From the NCBI GenBank assembly GCA_034433305.1, contig DAOUAM010000052.1:2210-66209 (forward strand): a DNA stretch of 64,000 nucleotides. The letters are read 5' to 3'. The notes below the pieces were generated by a model, which searched no databases, was not told where the DNA came from, and saw nothing but the letters and a program-made list of their open reading frames with translations. Made by a program: the position numbers and the translations under genes. The stretch comes from Dehalococcoidia bacterium. Lineage in GTDB: Bacteria > Chloroflexota > Dehalococcoidia > Lucifugimonadales > DAOUAM01. Shown here piece after piece: positions 11,170 through 20,823 of this stretch. How positions within the stretch are numbered: position 1 is the first letter of the stretch; each line of letters starts with the position of its first letter.

Positions 11170-12486
11170 TCAGCCTTCCAGCCTGACCAGGCGGTACTCC
11201 CTGGCCCCACGGCGGAGCACCAGTACCCGGCCTTCCACGGCGTCCTGCAGCGTCACCATGTGGCGCACGTCGGACACCCTGCGGTTGCTCACGGCGATGC
11301 CGCCGCCCTGGACGAGCCTGCGGGCCTCGCTGCGGGAGGGCGCCAGGCTGGCCTCGGCCACCAGGTCAGGCAGCGGCACGCCCGCGCCCTCGAACCTCTG
11401 CCTGGGCAGCGAGAGGGAGGGCACGTCCTGGAAGATGTCCAGCAGCTCGGCGACGCTCAGCCCCGCAATCTCGCCGCCGAAGAGGACGGCTGTGGCAGCC
11501 TGGGCCTTGCGCAGGCCAGAATCGCCGTGGACGCTGCGGGTGACCTCCTCGGCCAGGCGGCGCTGGGCCTCACGCCGCTCTGGACGGCTGGACACCGCCT
11601 CCTCCAGGTCCGCCACCTCCTGGGGCGTGGCCAGGGTGAAGAACTTGAGGTACTTGATGACGTCGGCGTCGGCGGTGTTCAGCCAGAACTGGTAGAAGCG
11701 GAAGGGTGAAGTCCTGCTGGCATCCAGCCAGACGGCGCCGGCCTCGGTCTTGCCGAACTTGACGCCCGTGGACGTGGTGACCAGCGGCATCACCAGGCCG
11801 TGGGCCTGGGCGCCCCGCAGGCGGCGTATCAGGTCAATGCCGGCGGTGATATTGCCCCACTGGTCGCTGCCGCCCATCTGGAGCACGCAGCCGTAGCGGT
11901 CGTACAGCACCAGGAAGTCGTAGGCTTGCAGGAGCATGTAGGAGAACTCGGTAAAGGATATGCCGGCCTCCATGCGCTTCTCCACCGACTCCTTGGCCAG
12001 CATGTAGTTGACGGTGAAGTGCTTGCCGATGTCCCGCAGGAAGCCCAGCAGGTCCAGGGGCGCTAGCCAGTCGGCGTTGTTGACCAGCCTGGCGGGATTG
12101 GCGCGGGCCTGGAAGTCCAGGAAACGGCTGAGCTGCTCCCGTATGCCCTGGAGGTTGTGCTCGATCTGCTCGCGGCTGAGGAGCTGGCGCTCCTGGGTCT
12201 TGCCGCTGGGGTCGCCGATCATGCCGGTGCCGCCGCCGACGATGGCGATGGGCGAATGCCCGTGGCGCTGGAGGTGGACCAGGGCCATGACCACCAGCAG
12301 GCTGCCCACGTGCAGGCTGTCGGCGGACGGGTCAAAGCCGATGTAGCCAGTGACCTTCTCCCTGGCCAGGAGGTCTTCCAGGCCGGGCGTGTACAGTTCC
12401 TGGCCCTGCTCCGTCCGATGGACCATGCCCCGCCAGCGGAACTCGTCCAGCACCGTCTTCACAGCCTGCGCGGTCACCTGTGCCAT
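11170..12486 (-). CDS. tyrS: tyrosine--tRNA ligase
   Basis: HIGH-type HVGSL, a KFGKT (KMSKS) loop and a C-terminal S4-like domain. The start is set to the ATG at 12486 behind GGAGGGG. The track ORF starts 33 nt further upstream. Confidence 0.9.
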   Translation of the reverse strand: MAQVTAQAVKTVLDEFRWRGMVHRTEQGQELYTPGLEDLLAREKVTGYIGFDPSADSLHVGSLLVVMALVHLQRHGHSPIAIVGGGTGMIGDPSGKTQERQLLSREQIEHNLQGIREQLSRFLDFQARANPARLVNNADWLAPLDLLGFLRDIGKHFTVNYMLAKESVEKRMEAGISFTEFSYMLLQAYDFLVLYDRYGCVLQMGGSDQWGNITAGIDLIRRLRGAQAHGLVMPLVTTSTGVKFGKTEAGAVWLDASRTSPFRFYQFWLNTADADVIKYLKFFTLATPQEVADLEEAVSSRPERREAQRRLAEEVTRSVHGDSGLRKAQAATAVLFGGEIAGLSVAELLDIFQDVPSLSLPRQRFEGAGVPLPDLVAEASLAPSRSEARRLVQGGGIAVSNRRVSDVRHMVTLQDAVEGRVLVLRRGAREYRLVRLEG

Positions 12487-12530
12487 TGGCCCCTCCGGTA
12501 CCTGATGCGCGGACGTCATGCGCGACGCCC

Positions 12531-13214
12531 TTACGCTGGGATGCTCTCCCGTATCCTCGCGATGGCCTCAGCCACCGTCATCTGCTTATTGTACACTGCC
12601 GAGCCGGCCACCAGCACCCTGGCCCCGGCTCCCACCACCCTGGGCGCCGTCCTGGGGCTGATGCCGCCATCAACCTCAAGCTCCGCCGGAAGCCCGCGCT
12701 GGTCCAGCATGGCGCGCATGCGGCGGACCTTGTCCACCGTGCCCTCGATGAAGGCCTGGCCGCCAAAGCCGGGGTTGACGGTCATGACCAGCACCAGGTC
12801 CAGGTCGGGCAGGACCTCCTCCACCAGCGCCAGCGGCGAGCCGGGGTTGAGGGCCACGCCCGCCCGTTTGCCGGCGTCCTTGATCTGGTGCACGACGCGG
12901 TGCAGGTGGATGCAGGCCTCGGCGTGGACGGTGATGATGTCGGCGCCGGCCTCGGCGAACTGGGGGATGAAGCGCTGGGGCTCGCTGATCATCATGTGCA
13001 CGTCCAGGGGCAGGTCGGTCCAGGGCCGTATGGCCTGGACCACCAGCGGGCCGATGGTCAGGTTGGGTACGAAGTGGCCGTCCATGATGTCCACGTGGAT
13101 GTAGTCGGCGCCGCCGCGCGCGGCCTCGGCCACCTGCTCCCCCAGCTTGCTGAAGTCGGCGGAGAGGATGGAGGGCGCGATCTTGATGGACCTGTTGTGC
13201 GCTTCAACTGCCAC
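12531..13214 (-). CDS. rpe: ribulose-phosphate 3-epimerase
   Basis: [17 protein letters not shown]...[17 protein letters not shown]...[10 protein letters not shown]. Confidence 0.92.
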   Translation of the reverse strand: MAVEAHNRSIKIAPSILSADFSKLGEQVAEAARGGADYIHVDIMDGHFVPNLTIGPLVVQAIRPWTDLPLDVHMMISEPQRFIPQFAEAGADIITVHAEACIHLHRVVHQIKDAGKRAGVALNPGSPLALVEEVLPDLDLVLVMTVNPGFGGQAFIEGTVDKVRRMRAMLDQRGLPAELEVDGGISPRTAPRVVGAGARVLVAGSAVYNKQMTVAEAIARIRESIPA

Positions 13215-14553
13215 GCTCAGCCTCCAGTTGGGCCCTGGCCTCGGCGATGGCCTTCTTCACCTGGGCGGAGGCCGTGCCGCCGGGCACGTCGCGGGCATTC
13301 ACCGACGAGTCCACGTTGACCGAGAAGATGCCCTCGTCGAAGAGCGGCGAGAAGCGGCGGTACTCCTCCAGCGATAGCTCGTGGAAGGATTTGCGCTGCT
13401 GGGCGGCGTAGGCCAACAGCCGCGAAACGACGCCGTGGGCCTCGCGGAAGGGCAAGCCCTTGCCCACCAGGTAGTCAGCGATGTCGGTGGCCAGGACGTA
13501 GCTCTGCTGCGCCGCCTGGCGCATCCTGGCGGGGTTGAGGGCCATGGTGACTATCATACCTGTGAACACCTCCAGCGTGGGCAGCAGGGTGTCCACCGTG
13601 TCGAAGAAGCCCTCCTTGTCCTCCTGCAGGTCGCGGTTGTAGGTCAGGGGCAGGCCCTTGAGCACCGTCAGCAGGCCCAGGAGATGGCCGTACACCCGGC
13701 CGGTCTTGCCCCTGGCCAGCTCGGCGAAGTCGGGGTTGCGCTTCTGGGGCATGATGCTGCTGCCGGTGGTGTACTCCTCGCTCAGGCGGATGAAGCCGAA
13801 CTCGTCGGAAGACCAGAGTACAATCTCCTCGGCCAGGCGGGAAAGATGCATCATGCAGATGGCTGCCGCCGAGTGGAAGTCCAGCAGGAAGTCGCGGTCG
13901 GAGACGGCGTCCATGCTGTTGGCCGAGATGGCGCTGAAGCCCAGCTCCCTGGCGACAAACTCGCGGTCTATGGGGTAGGGCAGGCCGGCCAGGGCGCCGC
14001 TGCCCAGGGGCATGACGTCGGCGCGCTGGCGGGCCTGCTGGAAGCGCTGCCTGTCCCGGCCAAACATCTCGAAGTAGGCCAGCATGTGGTGGGCGAAGAG
14101 GACCGGCTGGGCGCGCTGCACGTGGGTGTAGCCCGGCATCACCACATCGGCGTGGGCCTCGGCCCTGGCGACCAGGGCCTCGCGCAGGCGGTGGAGGCCG
14201 GCCAGCACCTGGGCGATGACCTCCCTGGTGTAGAGGCGCATGTCCAGGGCGACCTGGTCGTTGCGGGAGCGGGCCGTGTGGAGCCGGCCGGCGGCGTCGC
14301 CGATCTTCTCGTACAGGCGCCGCTCGATGTTCATGTGGATGTCTTCCAGTTCGGGCCGCCAGGGGAAGGAGCCGTCCTCTATCTCCTGGCGGATGGCCTC
14401 CAGCCCCCTGACGATGGCCTCGGCCTCATCCCTGGCGATGATGCCCTGCTTGGCCAGCATGCGGGCGTGGGCGATAGACCCGGCGATGTCCTGCCTGTAC
14501 AGCCGCCGGTCGTAGTGGATGGACACGGTGTAGGAAGAAGTCACTTCTTTCAT
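13204..14553 (-). CDS. argH: argininosuccinate lyase
   Basis: Fumarate-lyase signature [12 protein letters not shown] and ArgH-type [23 protein letters not shown]. The N-terminus is short (see findings). Confidence 0.92.
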   Translation of the reverse strand: MKEVTSSYTVSIHYDRRLYRQDIAGSIAHARMLAKQGIIARDEAEAIVRGLEAIRQEIEDGSFPWRPELEDIHMNIERRLYEKIGDAAGRLHTARSRNDQVALDMRLYTREVIAQVLAGLHRLREALVARAEAHADVVMPGYTHVQRAQPVLFAHHMLAYFEMFGRDRQRFQQARQRADVMPLGSGALAGLPYPIDREFVARELGFSAISANSMDAVSDRDFLLDFHSAAAICMMHLSRLAEEIVLWSSDEFGFIRLSEEYTTGSSIMPQKRNPDFAELARGKTGRVYGHLLGLLTVLKGLPLTYNRDLQEDKEGFFDTVDTLLPTLEVFTGMIVTMALNPARMRQAAQQSYVLATDIADYLVGKGLPFREAHGVVSRLLAYAAQQRKSFHELSLEEYRRFSPLFDEGIFSVNVDSSVNARDVPGGTASAQVKKAIAEARAQLEAERGS

Positions 14554-14629
14554 CGGACTGCCTTGCTATAGCTGGGCGCACGCGCAGGAGCACCCCGCGT
14601 ACGCCTCTTATGGACGAAGAGACGTACCG

Positions 14630-15103
14630 CTAACCTGGCCGCTTGGGGACCAGGAAGCGCCGGCGCAGGGTCAGCACCTTCTCGCCGCGCTGGTTGTAGG
14701 CGCGGCTTTCCACGTACACGATGCCCCGGTCCGGTCGGCTGCGGGACTCGCGGGTCTCCAGCACCTCGCTCTCGGCGTAGATGGTGTCGCCCTGGAAGAC
14801 CGGCGCATCGTGGGTGACCTTCTCGTACTCCAGGTTGGCGATGGCCTTGCCCGACGTGTCGCGCACGCTCATGCCCACCACCAGGCTCAGCACGTAGGTG
14901 CCGTTGACCAGTATCTTGCCGTGCTGGTGGTGCTCCTGCATGTAGTGCTCGTCTATGTGTATGGGGTTGTGGTTCATGGTGAGGAGGCAGAAGAGGTGGT
15001 TGTCCATCTCGGTGATGGTCTTGCCGGGCCAGTGCTTGAAGATGTCGCCGACCTTGAAGTCCTCAAGGTAGCCGCCGAAGCTTTCGCGTCCGTCGTGGAT
15101 CAT
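14630..15103 (-). CDS. MaoC-like (R)-hydratase / hot-dog fold dehydratase
   Basis: FKVGDIF...LFCLLTMNHNPIHIDEHYM...GTYVLSLVVG. The start is trimmed to MIHDG (ATG at 15103). Confidence 0.75.
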   Translation of the reverse strand: MIHDGRESFGGYLEDFKVGDIFKHWPGKTITEMDNHLFCLLTMNHNPIHIDEHYMQEHHQHGKILVNGTYVLSLVVGMSVRDTSGKAIANLEYEKVTHDAPVFQGDTIYAESEVLETRESRSRPDRGIVYVESRAYNQRGEKVLTLRRRFLVPKRPG

Positions 15104-15116
15104 AGCGATTACTCCC

Positions 15117-15620
15117 TCATAGCGAAGAAGACAGTGCTCGGAGGGTATGGACAATCGCCCACTTCCTCTTCTTCCTCAGGAAGTTCTCTGCGCCACTCTC
15201 AAACTCACTTCTGGTGATCTTGCATTTGTTGTCTGTACCATCTCTTCGCACGATCACATAGTCTTCAGTCACTTCCTCTACCCAGTTTTTCCAGTGTTTC
15301 ACTCTAGTTTCAACTGGAATACCTGCTTCCTTACAACGAATGAGCTCGCTCCTTAATTTGTTCCAGCTACCCTTTGGCTGAACTCGTGGCAGTGTACTAT
15401 TTGGCTTCGAGTCGCTTGATGTCTTTGTTATCTCTATAGGGAAGAGATAGCGGAGGTCAAGGCGTCGGGATGCGCCTAGCACTTCTATCCCTGCCAGGCG
15501 GTCCTGCTCATCGAAGTCAAGGGCAATGTCGTCATCCACCAGGCGGGTCTCGACCTGATGCTTACCGGGTAGGAATCTTATATAGAGAGTGTCGAACTTG
15601 GCGTCATATGATATGTCCAT
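15117..15620 (-). CDS. DUF2283-domain protein with a ~100-aa C-terminal extension (putative antitoxin)
   Basis: MDISYDAKFDTLYIRFLPGKHQVETRLVDDDIALDFDEQDRLAGIEVLGASRRL matches the DUF2283 pattern. The start ATG at 15620 lies 2 nt after the DUF4258 stop codon. The region is AT-richer than its flanks. Confidence 0.6.
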   Translation of the reverse strand: MDISYDAKFDTLYIRFLPGKHQVETRLVDDDIALDFDEQDRLAGIEVLGASRRLDLRYLFPIEITKTSSDSKPNSTLPRVQPKGSWNKLRSELIRCKEAGIPVETRVKHWKNWVEEVTEDYVIVRRDGTDNKCKITRSEFESGAENFLRKKRKWAIVHTLRALSSSL

Positions 15621-15622
15621 CC

Positions 15623-15895
15623 CTAGACCCTCCATCTGCCATAGAACACGAGGACCGTCACAACTACTATAGCATCCCCGTTTCTTCTCTCCCACGCGTA
15701 TATGACCTTCACGAGCTTATGAGGATAGAAGCGCCCCCTCCGCTCATATCCCTCGGTAAAGACCATTTCCCGTGCGAGGCGAGGTGGCCTGGCATCTGAC
15801 TCCCGTCCTTGTTCGAGCACGCGCCTCACTTCATCTTCGGTGGCGCCTCGCTCGTTCATGTTATCCAGGGCGTGCTTTTGGAAATCGATCTCCAC
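15623..15895 (-). CDS. DUF4258-domain protein (putative toxin)
   Basis: MEIDFQKHALDNMNERGATEDEVRRVLEQG...VKVIYAWERRNGDAIVVVTV has a DUF4258-like layout. It is paired with a DUF2283 gene, as is commonly seen. Confidence 0.55.
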   Translation of the reverse strand: MEIDFQKHALDNMNERGATEDEVRRVLEQGRESDARPPRLAREMVFTEGYERRGRFYPHKLVKVIYAWERRNGDAIVVVTVLVFYGRWRV

Positions 15896-15899
15896 AGGA

Positions 15900-17060
15900 C
15901 TAAATTTTATACCTCTGGAGCAACTGCCGGGCGATGACCAGCTTCTGTATCTCGTTGGTGCCCTCGCCGATGATCATGAGGGGCGCGTCGCGGTAGTAGC
16001 GCTCCACGGGGTAGTCCTTGATGTAGCCGTAGCCGCCATGAATGCGCATGGCCTCCAGCGTCACCTCGGCGCAGACCTCGCTGGCGAAGAGCTTGGCCAT
16101 GCCGGCTTCCAGGTCCACCCGCTGGCCGGCGTCCTTCCTGGCGGCGGCGTCGTAGGTCAGCAGGCGGGCGGCCTGTATTTTGGTCGCCATGTCGGCCAGC
16201 TTCATCTGGATGGCCTGGTGCTGGGCGATGGGCACGCCGAAGGCCCGGCGCTGCTGGGCGTAGCGGATGGCCGCCTCGAAGGCCGCCGTCGCCACGCCGA
16301 CGGCCCTGGCCGCCACGTTGATGCGCCCGGTCTCCAGTCCGCTCATGGCCTGGCGGAAGCCCTGACCCTCGACGCCGCCCACCAGGTCCTCGGCCGGCAC
16401 ACGGCAGTCCTGGAAGACCAGCTCGCAGGTGTCCACGCCTCGGTAGCCCAGCTTGTCCAGTTGCTGGGCCACCGAGAAGCCCGGCGTCGGCTTCTCCACG
16501 ATAAAGCAGCTTATGCCCCGGTAGGGCGGGTCGGCGCGGGTATCGGTCTTGGCCAGGACGGCGAAGGCGTTGCCGTGCTGGCCGTTGGTGATGAACATCT
16601 TGCTGCCGTTGAGCACGTACTCCTCGCCGTCGCGGACGGCGGTGGCCTGGATGGCCTGCACATCGCTGCCGGCGCCCGGCTCGGTGAGGGCCAGCCCGCC
16701 ACGGACCTCCCCTCGGGCCATGCGGGGCAGGAAGCGCCGCTTCTGCTCCTGGGTGCCGAAACTGGCGATGATATAGGCCATGACGTGGTGGGTGCCGATG
16801 GGGCCTGTGAGGCTCATCCAGCCCTTGCTCAGCTCCTCGAAGACCATGGCGAAGGTGGTGTAGTCCAGGCCCAGGCCGTCGTACTCCTCGGGGATGGTGA
16901 TGCCGAAGAGGCCCATGTCCCGCATCCTGTCCACCAGCTCGGCGGGGTAAACGTCGTCGTGGTCGTAGCGGCTGGCAACCGGCTCCACGTCGCGTTTCAC
17001 GAACTCGCGGACCAGGCCGACGATCTGGTTGCGGACTTCGGGGGAAGTCGGCGCAGTCAT
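15900..17060 (-). CDS. acyl-CoA dehydrogenase
   Basis: GLALTEPGAGSD, FITNG, and the C-terminal IHGGYGYIKDYPVERYYRDAPLMIIGEGTNEIQ. Confidence 0.9.
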   Translation of the reverse strand: MTAPTSPEVRNQIVGLVREFVKRDVEPVASRYDHDDVYPAELVDRMRDMGLFGITIPEEYDGLGLDYTTFAMVFEELSKGWMSLTGPIGTHHVMAYIIASFGTQEQKRRFLPRMARGEVRGGLALTEPGAGSDVQAIQATAVRDGEEYVLNGSKMFITNGQHGNAFAVLAKTDTRADPPYRGISCFIVEKPTPGFSVAQQLDKLGYRGVDTCELVFQDCRVPAEDLVGGVEGQGFRQAMSGLETGRINVAARAVGVATAAFEAAIRYAQQRRAFGVPIAQHQAIQMKLADMATKIQAARLLTYDAAARKDAGQRVDLEAGMAKLFASEVCAEVTLEAMRIHGGYGYIKDYPVERYYRDAPLMIIGEGTNEIQKLVIARQLLQRYKI

Positions 17061-17077
17061 GGGACCACCTTATCCCC

Positions 17078-17133
17078 GTAGGGGCAGGCCTTGTGCCTGC
17101 CCAGGTCCCGGGCAACCACAAGGGTTGCCCCTA
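17078..17133. repeat. REP-like double-hairpin element, copy 2 (inverted relative to copy 1)
   Basis: GTAGGGGCAGGCCTTGTGCCTGCCCAGGTCCCGGGCAACCACAAGGGTTGCCCCTAC. It forms two hairpins, GGGCAGGC-CTTGT-GCCTGCCC and GGGCAACC-ACAAG-GGTTGCCC, inside the outer GTAGG/CCTAC arms. Confidence 0.75.
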
Positions 17134-17208
17134 CATTTTTTGGCCTCATCATAGCGACTCGGTGCTACAGGTTGCAGCCCTGCGGTGAGTCATGCAAGCA
17201 CCACAGGG

Positions 17209-17317
17209 GGCTAGCGTCCGAAGGCCGGGAACTGCCTGGTGCCCACGTTCTTGGCTGACACACCCAGCACCTTCAGGAAGCCTTCGGCGTCCACGTGGCC
17301 GCAGGAGCCAGGGGCCT
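17209..17317. repeat. 109-bp direct repeat, copy A (= argG 3' end)
   Basis: Matches 17839-17947 at a fixed offset of 630 bp with 6 mismatches (my hand alignment). Confidence 0.85.
17211..17317 (-). pseudogene. orphan argG 3'-terminal fragment (last ~35 codons plus stop)
   Basis: In the argG frame it reads ...PGSCGHVDAEGFLKVLGVSAKNVGTRQFPAFGR*. The last 29 residues are identical to the true ArgG C-terminus. No upstream ArgG sequence is attached. Confidence 0.75.
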
Positions 17318-17341
17318 GCCAGGTCCTGGCCAGACGGTCAA

Positions 17342-17834
<493 letters not shown>

Positions 17835-17838
17835 CTAA

Positions 17839-17947
17839 GGCTAGCGTCCGAAGGCCGGGAACTGCCTGGTGCCCACGTTCTTGGCCGATACGCCCAGCAC
17901 CTTCAGGAAGCCTTCGGCGTCCACGTGACCGTAGGAGCCAAGGGCCT
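17839..17947. repeat. 109-bp direct repeat, copy B (functional argG 3' end)
   Basis: See copy A. Similarity ends abruptly after ...AGGGCCT (copy B) / ...GGGGCCT (copy A). Confidence 0.85.
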
Positions 17948-19103
17948 CCATGGAAGAGTCGTCGGTGTAGAGCGAGTGAGGCATGGCCCCGGGCGTATTG
18001 TCGGCGCTCTCGAAGGCGACATTTCCCTTATAGAGCCTGACGGTGATGGTGCCGGTGGCCAGGCGCCGTATTGGCTCCAGCGCCGCCAGGGCTGCCGTGG
18101 TCGCCAGGTCCAGCCAGTAGCCCTGGTATATCTGCACGCTGACCACCCGGGACACGTGCTCGAAGAACTCACGGGCGCGCCTGTCCAGGACGAACTGGAG
18201 GAGGTACTCGTAGGTGCTGCCCAGCAGCTCCATGGCCGGCGCCTCGTAGATGCCCCGGGACTTGATGCCAACGAAGCGGTTCTCCACCACGTGGGTGCCG
18301 ATGCCGACGCCGTGCCTGCCGGCGATGCGGTTGGCCTCCTTGAAGCAGGACACCAGGTCCAGCGCCTTGCCGTTGATGGCCACCGGCATTCCTTCCTCCC
18401 AGCGCACGCTGACCGATTCAGGCCGGTCGGGCGCGTCCCAGGGCCAGACGCCCATGCCTGGCTCCACGAAGTAGGGCGGGATGGTGACGTCCTCCAGGTC
18501 GCCCGCCTCGTGGGTCAGGCCCAGGAAGTTAGCGTCGGTGGAGTAGCGGGCCACGCGGCGCGGTCGGATGGGCAGGCCGTTCTTCTCGCAGTACTCGATC
18601 ATCTGCTGCCGGCCGGGGAACTGCTTCACAAACTCCGGGTCGCGCCAGGGGGCGTAGACCGTCAGCGAGGGGTCCAGCATGTTGGAGGCAAGCTGGAAGC
18701 GCACCTGGTCGTTGCCGCGGCCCGTGGCGCCGTGGAACAGCACGCCAATGCCGTGCTTCTGTAGCTCCGGCAATATGGCGCGGACGGTTACAGGCCGGGC
18801 GATGCCCGTGGTGTTCCAGTAGCCGCCCTCATAGCGGGCCTGGGCCTGGATGACCTTGAGGCCGGCCTCCGCCAGCGCCTGCTGGCCGGGCACGATGCAG
18901 GCCCCTTCGGCGCCGCAGCCCAGCAGGCGCTCCTTGATGGCGTTCAGGTCCTCCTCGTCGGGCTGGCCCAGGTCCACGGTGAAGCAGTGGACCGAGAAGC
19001 CCTTGCTGCTCAGCCAGTGGGTCACGGTGCAACTGTCCAGCCCACCCGAGACCGCGCCGCCGACTATCGTTACGCCTTTGTCCTTCAGTTCACGCCAGTG
19101 CAT
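17841..19103 (-). CDS. argG: argininosuccinate synthase
   Basis: N-terminal ATP pyrophosphatase motif GGAVSGGLDSCT, plus YEGGYWNTTGIARP and ENRFVGIKSRGIYEAP. Confidence 0.93.
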   Translation of the reverse strand: MHWRELKDKGVTIVGGAVSGGLDSCTVTHWLSSKGFSVHCFTVDLGQPDEEDLNAIKERLLGCGAEGACIVPGQQALAEAGLKVIQAQARYEGGYWNTTGIARPVTVRAILPELQKHGIGVLFHGATGRGNDQVRFQLASNMLDPSLTVYAPWRDPEFVKQFPGRQQMIEYCEKNGLPIRPRRVARYSTDANFLGLTHEAGDLEDVTIPPYFVEPGMGVWPWDAPDRPESVSVRWEEGMPVAINGKALDLVSCFKEANRIAGRHGVGIGTHVVENRFVGIKSRGIYEAPAMELLGSTYEYLLQFVLDRRAREFFEHVSRVVSVQIYQGYWLDLATTAALAALEPIRRLATGTITVRLYKGNVAFESADNTPGAMPHSLYTDDSSMEALGSYGHVDAEGFLKVLGVSAKNVGTRQFPAFGR

Positions 19104-19126
19104 GGTTCACTCCAAGCTGTCAGCAA

Positions 19127-19486
19127 TCAGCTATTAGCCTTCAGCTTGTGAATCAGGGAACTGAGCATCTTCTTCACTTCAGTTACACGATCCACAAGTT
19201 GCTCATAGTCGGTAGAATCTAGCAGTGCCAGGTCGTGTGCCAGGACAATGTGGTACTCCAGTTCGCTGGCAGAGCCCGTGGCAATCGGTAGGAATCGGGC
19301 AAGCTCGGCATCCCCATCTCGACCGCAGCCTTCAGCTATGTTGGCAGGTATCGAGGCGCTTGAGCGACGTAGCTGACTCGTCAGCCCATACATCTCTTCC
19401 CGTGGGAACCTGGCAGTTACTTCATATACTGCCAGAGTCAGACGATGACTCTTCTGCCATACCTGCAATTGCCTGAAGTCTCGCAA
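19127..19486 (-). CDS. four-helix-bundle protein (23S rRNA intervening-sequence protein family)
   Basis: FRQLQVWQKSHRLTLAVYEVTARFPREEMYGLTSQLRRSSASIPANIAEGCGR...FLPIATGSASELEYHIVLA is the typical signature. It has a TTG start and low GC, and sits between argD and argG on the same strand. Confidence 0.8.
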   Translation of the reverse strand: MRDFRQLQVWQKSHRLTLAVYEVTARFPREEMYGLTSQLRRSSASIPANIAEGCGRDGDAELARFLPIATGSASELEYHIVLAHDLALLDSTDYEQLVDRVTEVKKMLSSLIHKLKANS

Positions 19487-19537
19487 AACTGGTGCCTCAT
19501 GTCGAGAAGCTGACCACTGACTGCTGATGGCTGATGG

Positions 19538-20728
19538 CTATCTCACCGCCTCCGTCAGCCCCTTCTCCAGCCGACTGAGGGCCTCGTCAATCTCCTGCTT
19601 CGTGACGGTAAGGGGCGGCATGAGGCGGATGGCGTTGGGCCGGACGGGGTTCAGCAGCAGGCCGGCGTTGTTGCAGGCCGATACCACCCTGCCGGAGATG
19701 TCGGCGTTGAACTCCATGGCCAGCAGCAGGCCCATGCCCCGGACGTCGGTGATGAACTCGTGGTCTTTCCTGAGCCTGTTGAGGCCCTGCTTGAGATAGT
19801 CGCCCATCTGCCGGGCATGGGCCGGGATGTCCTTGTCAACGATGTATTTGGCGGAGGCGTGGGCCGCGGCGCAGGTCAGGGCGTTGCCGCCGAAGGTGGA
19901 GCCGTGGTCGCCAGGGACGAAGACCGCAGCGTGAGACTTGGCCAGGAAGGCGCCGATGGGCACGCCGCCGCCCAGGCCCTTGGCCAGCGTCATCACGTCC
20001 GGCTCCACGCCGAAGGCCTGGTAGCCGAACAACGTGCCCAGCCGGCCCATGCCCGTCTGGACTTCGTCGAAGATGAGCAGCAGGCCCTTCTGGTCGCACC
20101 ACTGCCTCACCTGCTTGAGGTAGTCAGGCGAGGGCACGTTGACGCCGCCCTCGCCCTGCACCGGCTCCAGCATGACGGCCACGGTCTTGTCGGTGGTGGC
20201 CTTCTTGATGGCCTCGATGTTGTTGTACTCCACGTAGGTGAAGCCCACGGGAATGGGCTGGTACGGCTCCTGGTAGTGGGGCTGCGCCGTGGCCGCCACC
20301 ATGGCCAGTGTCCTGCCGTGGAAGGAGTTGAAGGCGGTGATAATCTCATAGGCGCCGTTCTTGTGCATTTTGCCGTACTTGCGGGCCAGCTTGACGGCGC
20401 CCTCGTTGGCCTCTGCGCCGCTGTTGCAGATGAAGACCTTGTCCAGGCAGCTATTGTCCACCAGGAGCTGGGCCAGCTTCAGTTGCGGGATGGTGTAGAA
20501 CTGGTTGGAGGTCTGGAGCAGCGTCCGCGCCTGCTCGGCGATGGCCTCCGCGACCACAGGGTTGGCATGGCCGATGTTGTTGACGGCCCAGCCGGAGGTG
20601 AAGTCCAGGTACTCCTTGCCAGCGTCGTCCCAGACTCGCGTTCCCTGGCCGCGGACAATGACGATGGGCTGCCGCCGGGCGCAGTACATGTAATACTTGC
20701 TTTCCAACGCTTTCCAGTCAGTGGTCAT
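19538..20728 (-). CDS. argD: acetylornithine aminotransferase
   Basis: Class-III aminotransferase motifs: NSGAEANEGAVKLARKYG, LIFDEVQTGMGRLGTLF and the PLP-Lys region DVMTLAKGLGGG. It sits in the arg cluster. Confidence 0.88.
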   Translation of the reverse strand: MTTDWKALESKYYMYCARRQPIVIVRGQGTRVWDDAGKEYLDFTSGWAVNNIGHANPVVAEAIAEQARTLLQTSNQFYTIPQLKLAQLLVDNSCLDKVFICNSGAEANEGAVKLARKYGKMHKNGAYEIITAFNSFHGRTLAMVAATAQPHYQEPYQPIPVGFTYVEYNNIEAIKKATTDKTVAVMLEPVQGEGGVNVPSPDYLKQVRQWCDQKGLLLIFDEVQTGMGRLGTLFGYQAFGVEPDVMTLAKGLGGGVPIGAFLAKSHAAVFVPGDHGSTFGGNALTCAAAHASAKYIVDKDIPAHARQMGDYLKQGLNRLRKDHEFITDVRGMGLLLAMEFNADISGRVVSACNNAGLLLNPVRPNAIRLMPPLTVTKQEIDEALSRLEKGLTEAVR

Positions 20729-20823
20729 GTGTTACCTCCTCACAGTTCTTGCAGGCTCGAAATATCTTCGCCCATCGGGGCGCTGGTGGCAAGGGCGACC
20801 GTGCCATCCCCTGGCGCTGGCCC

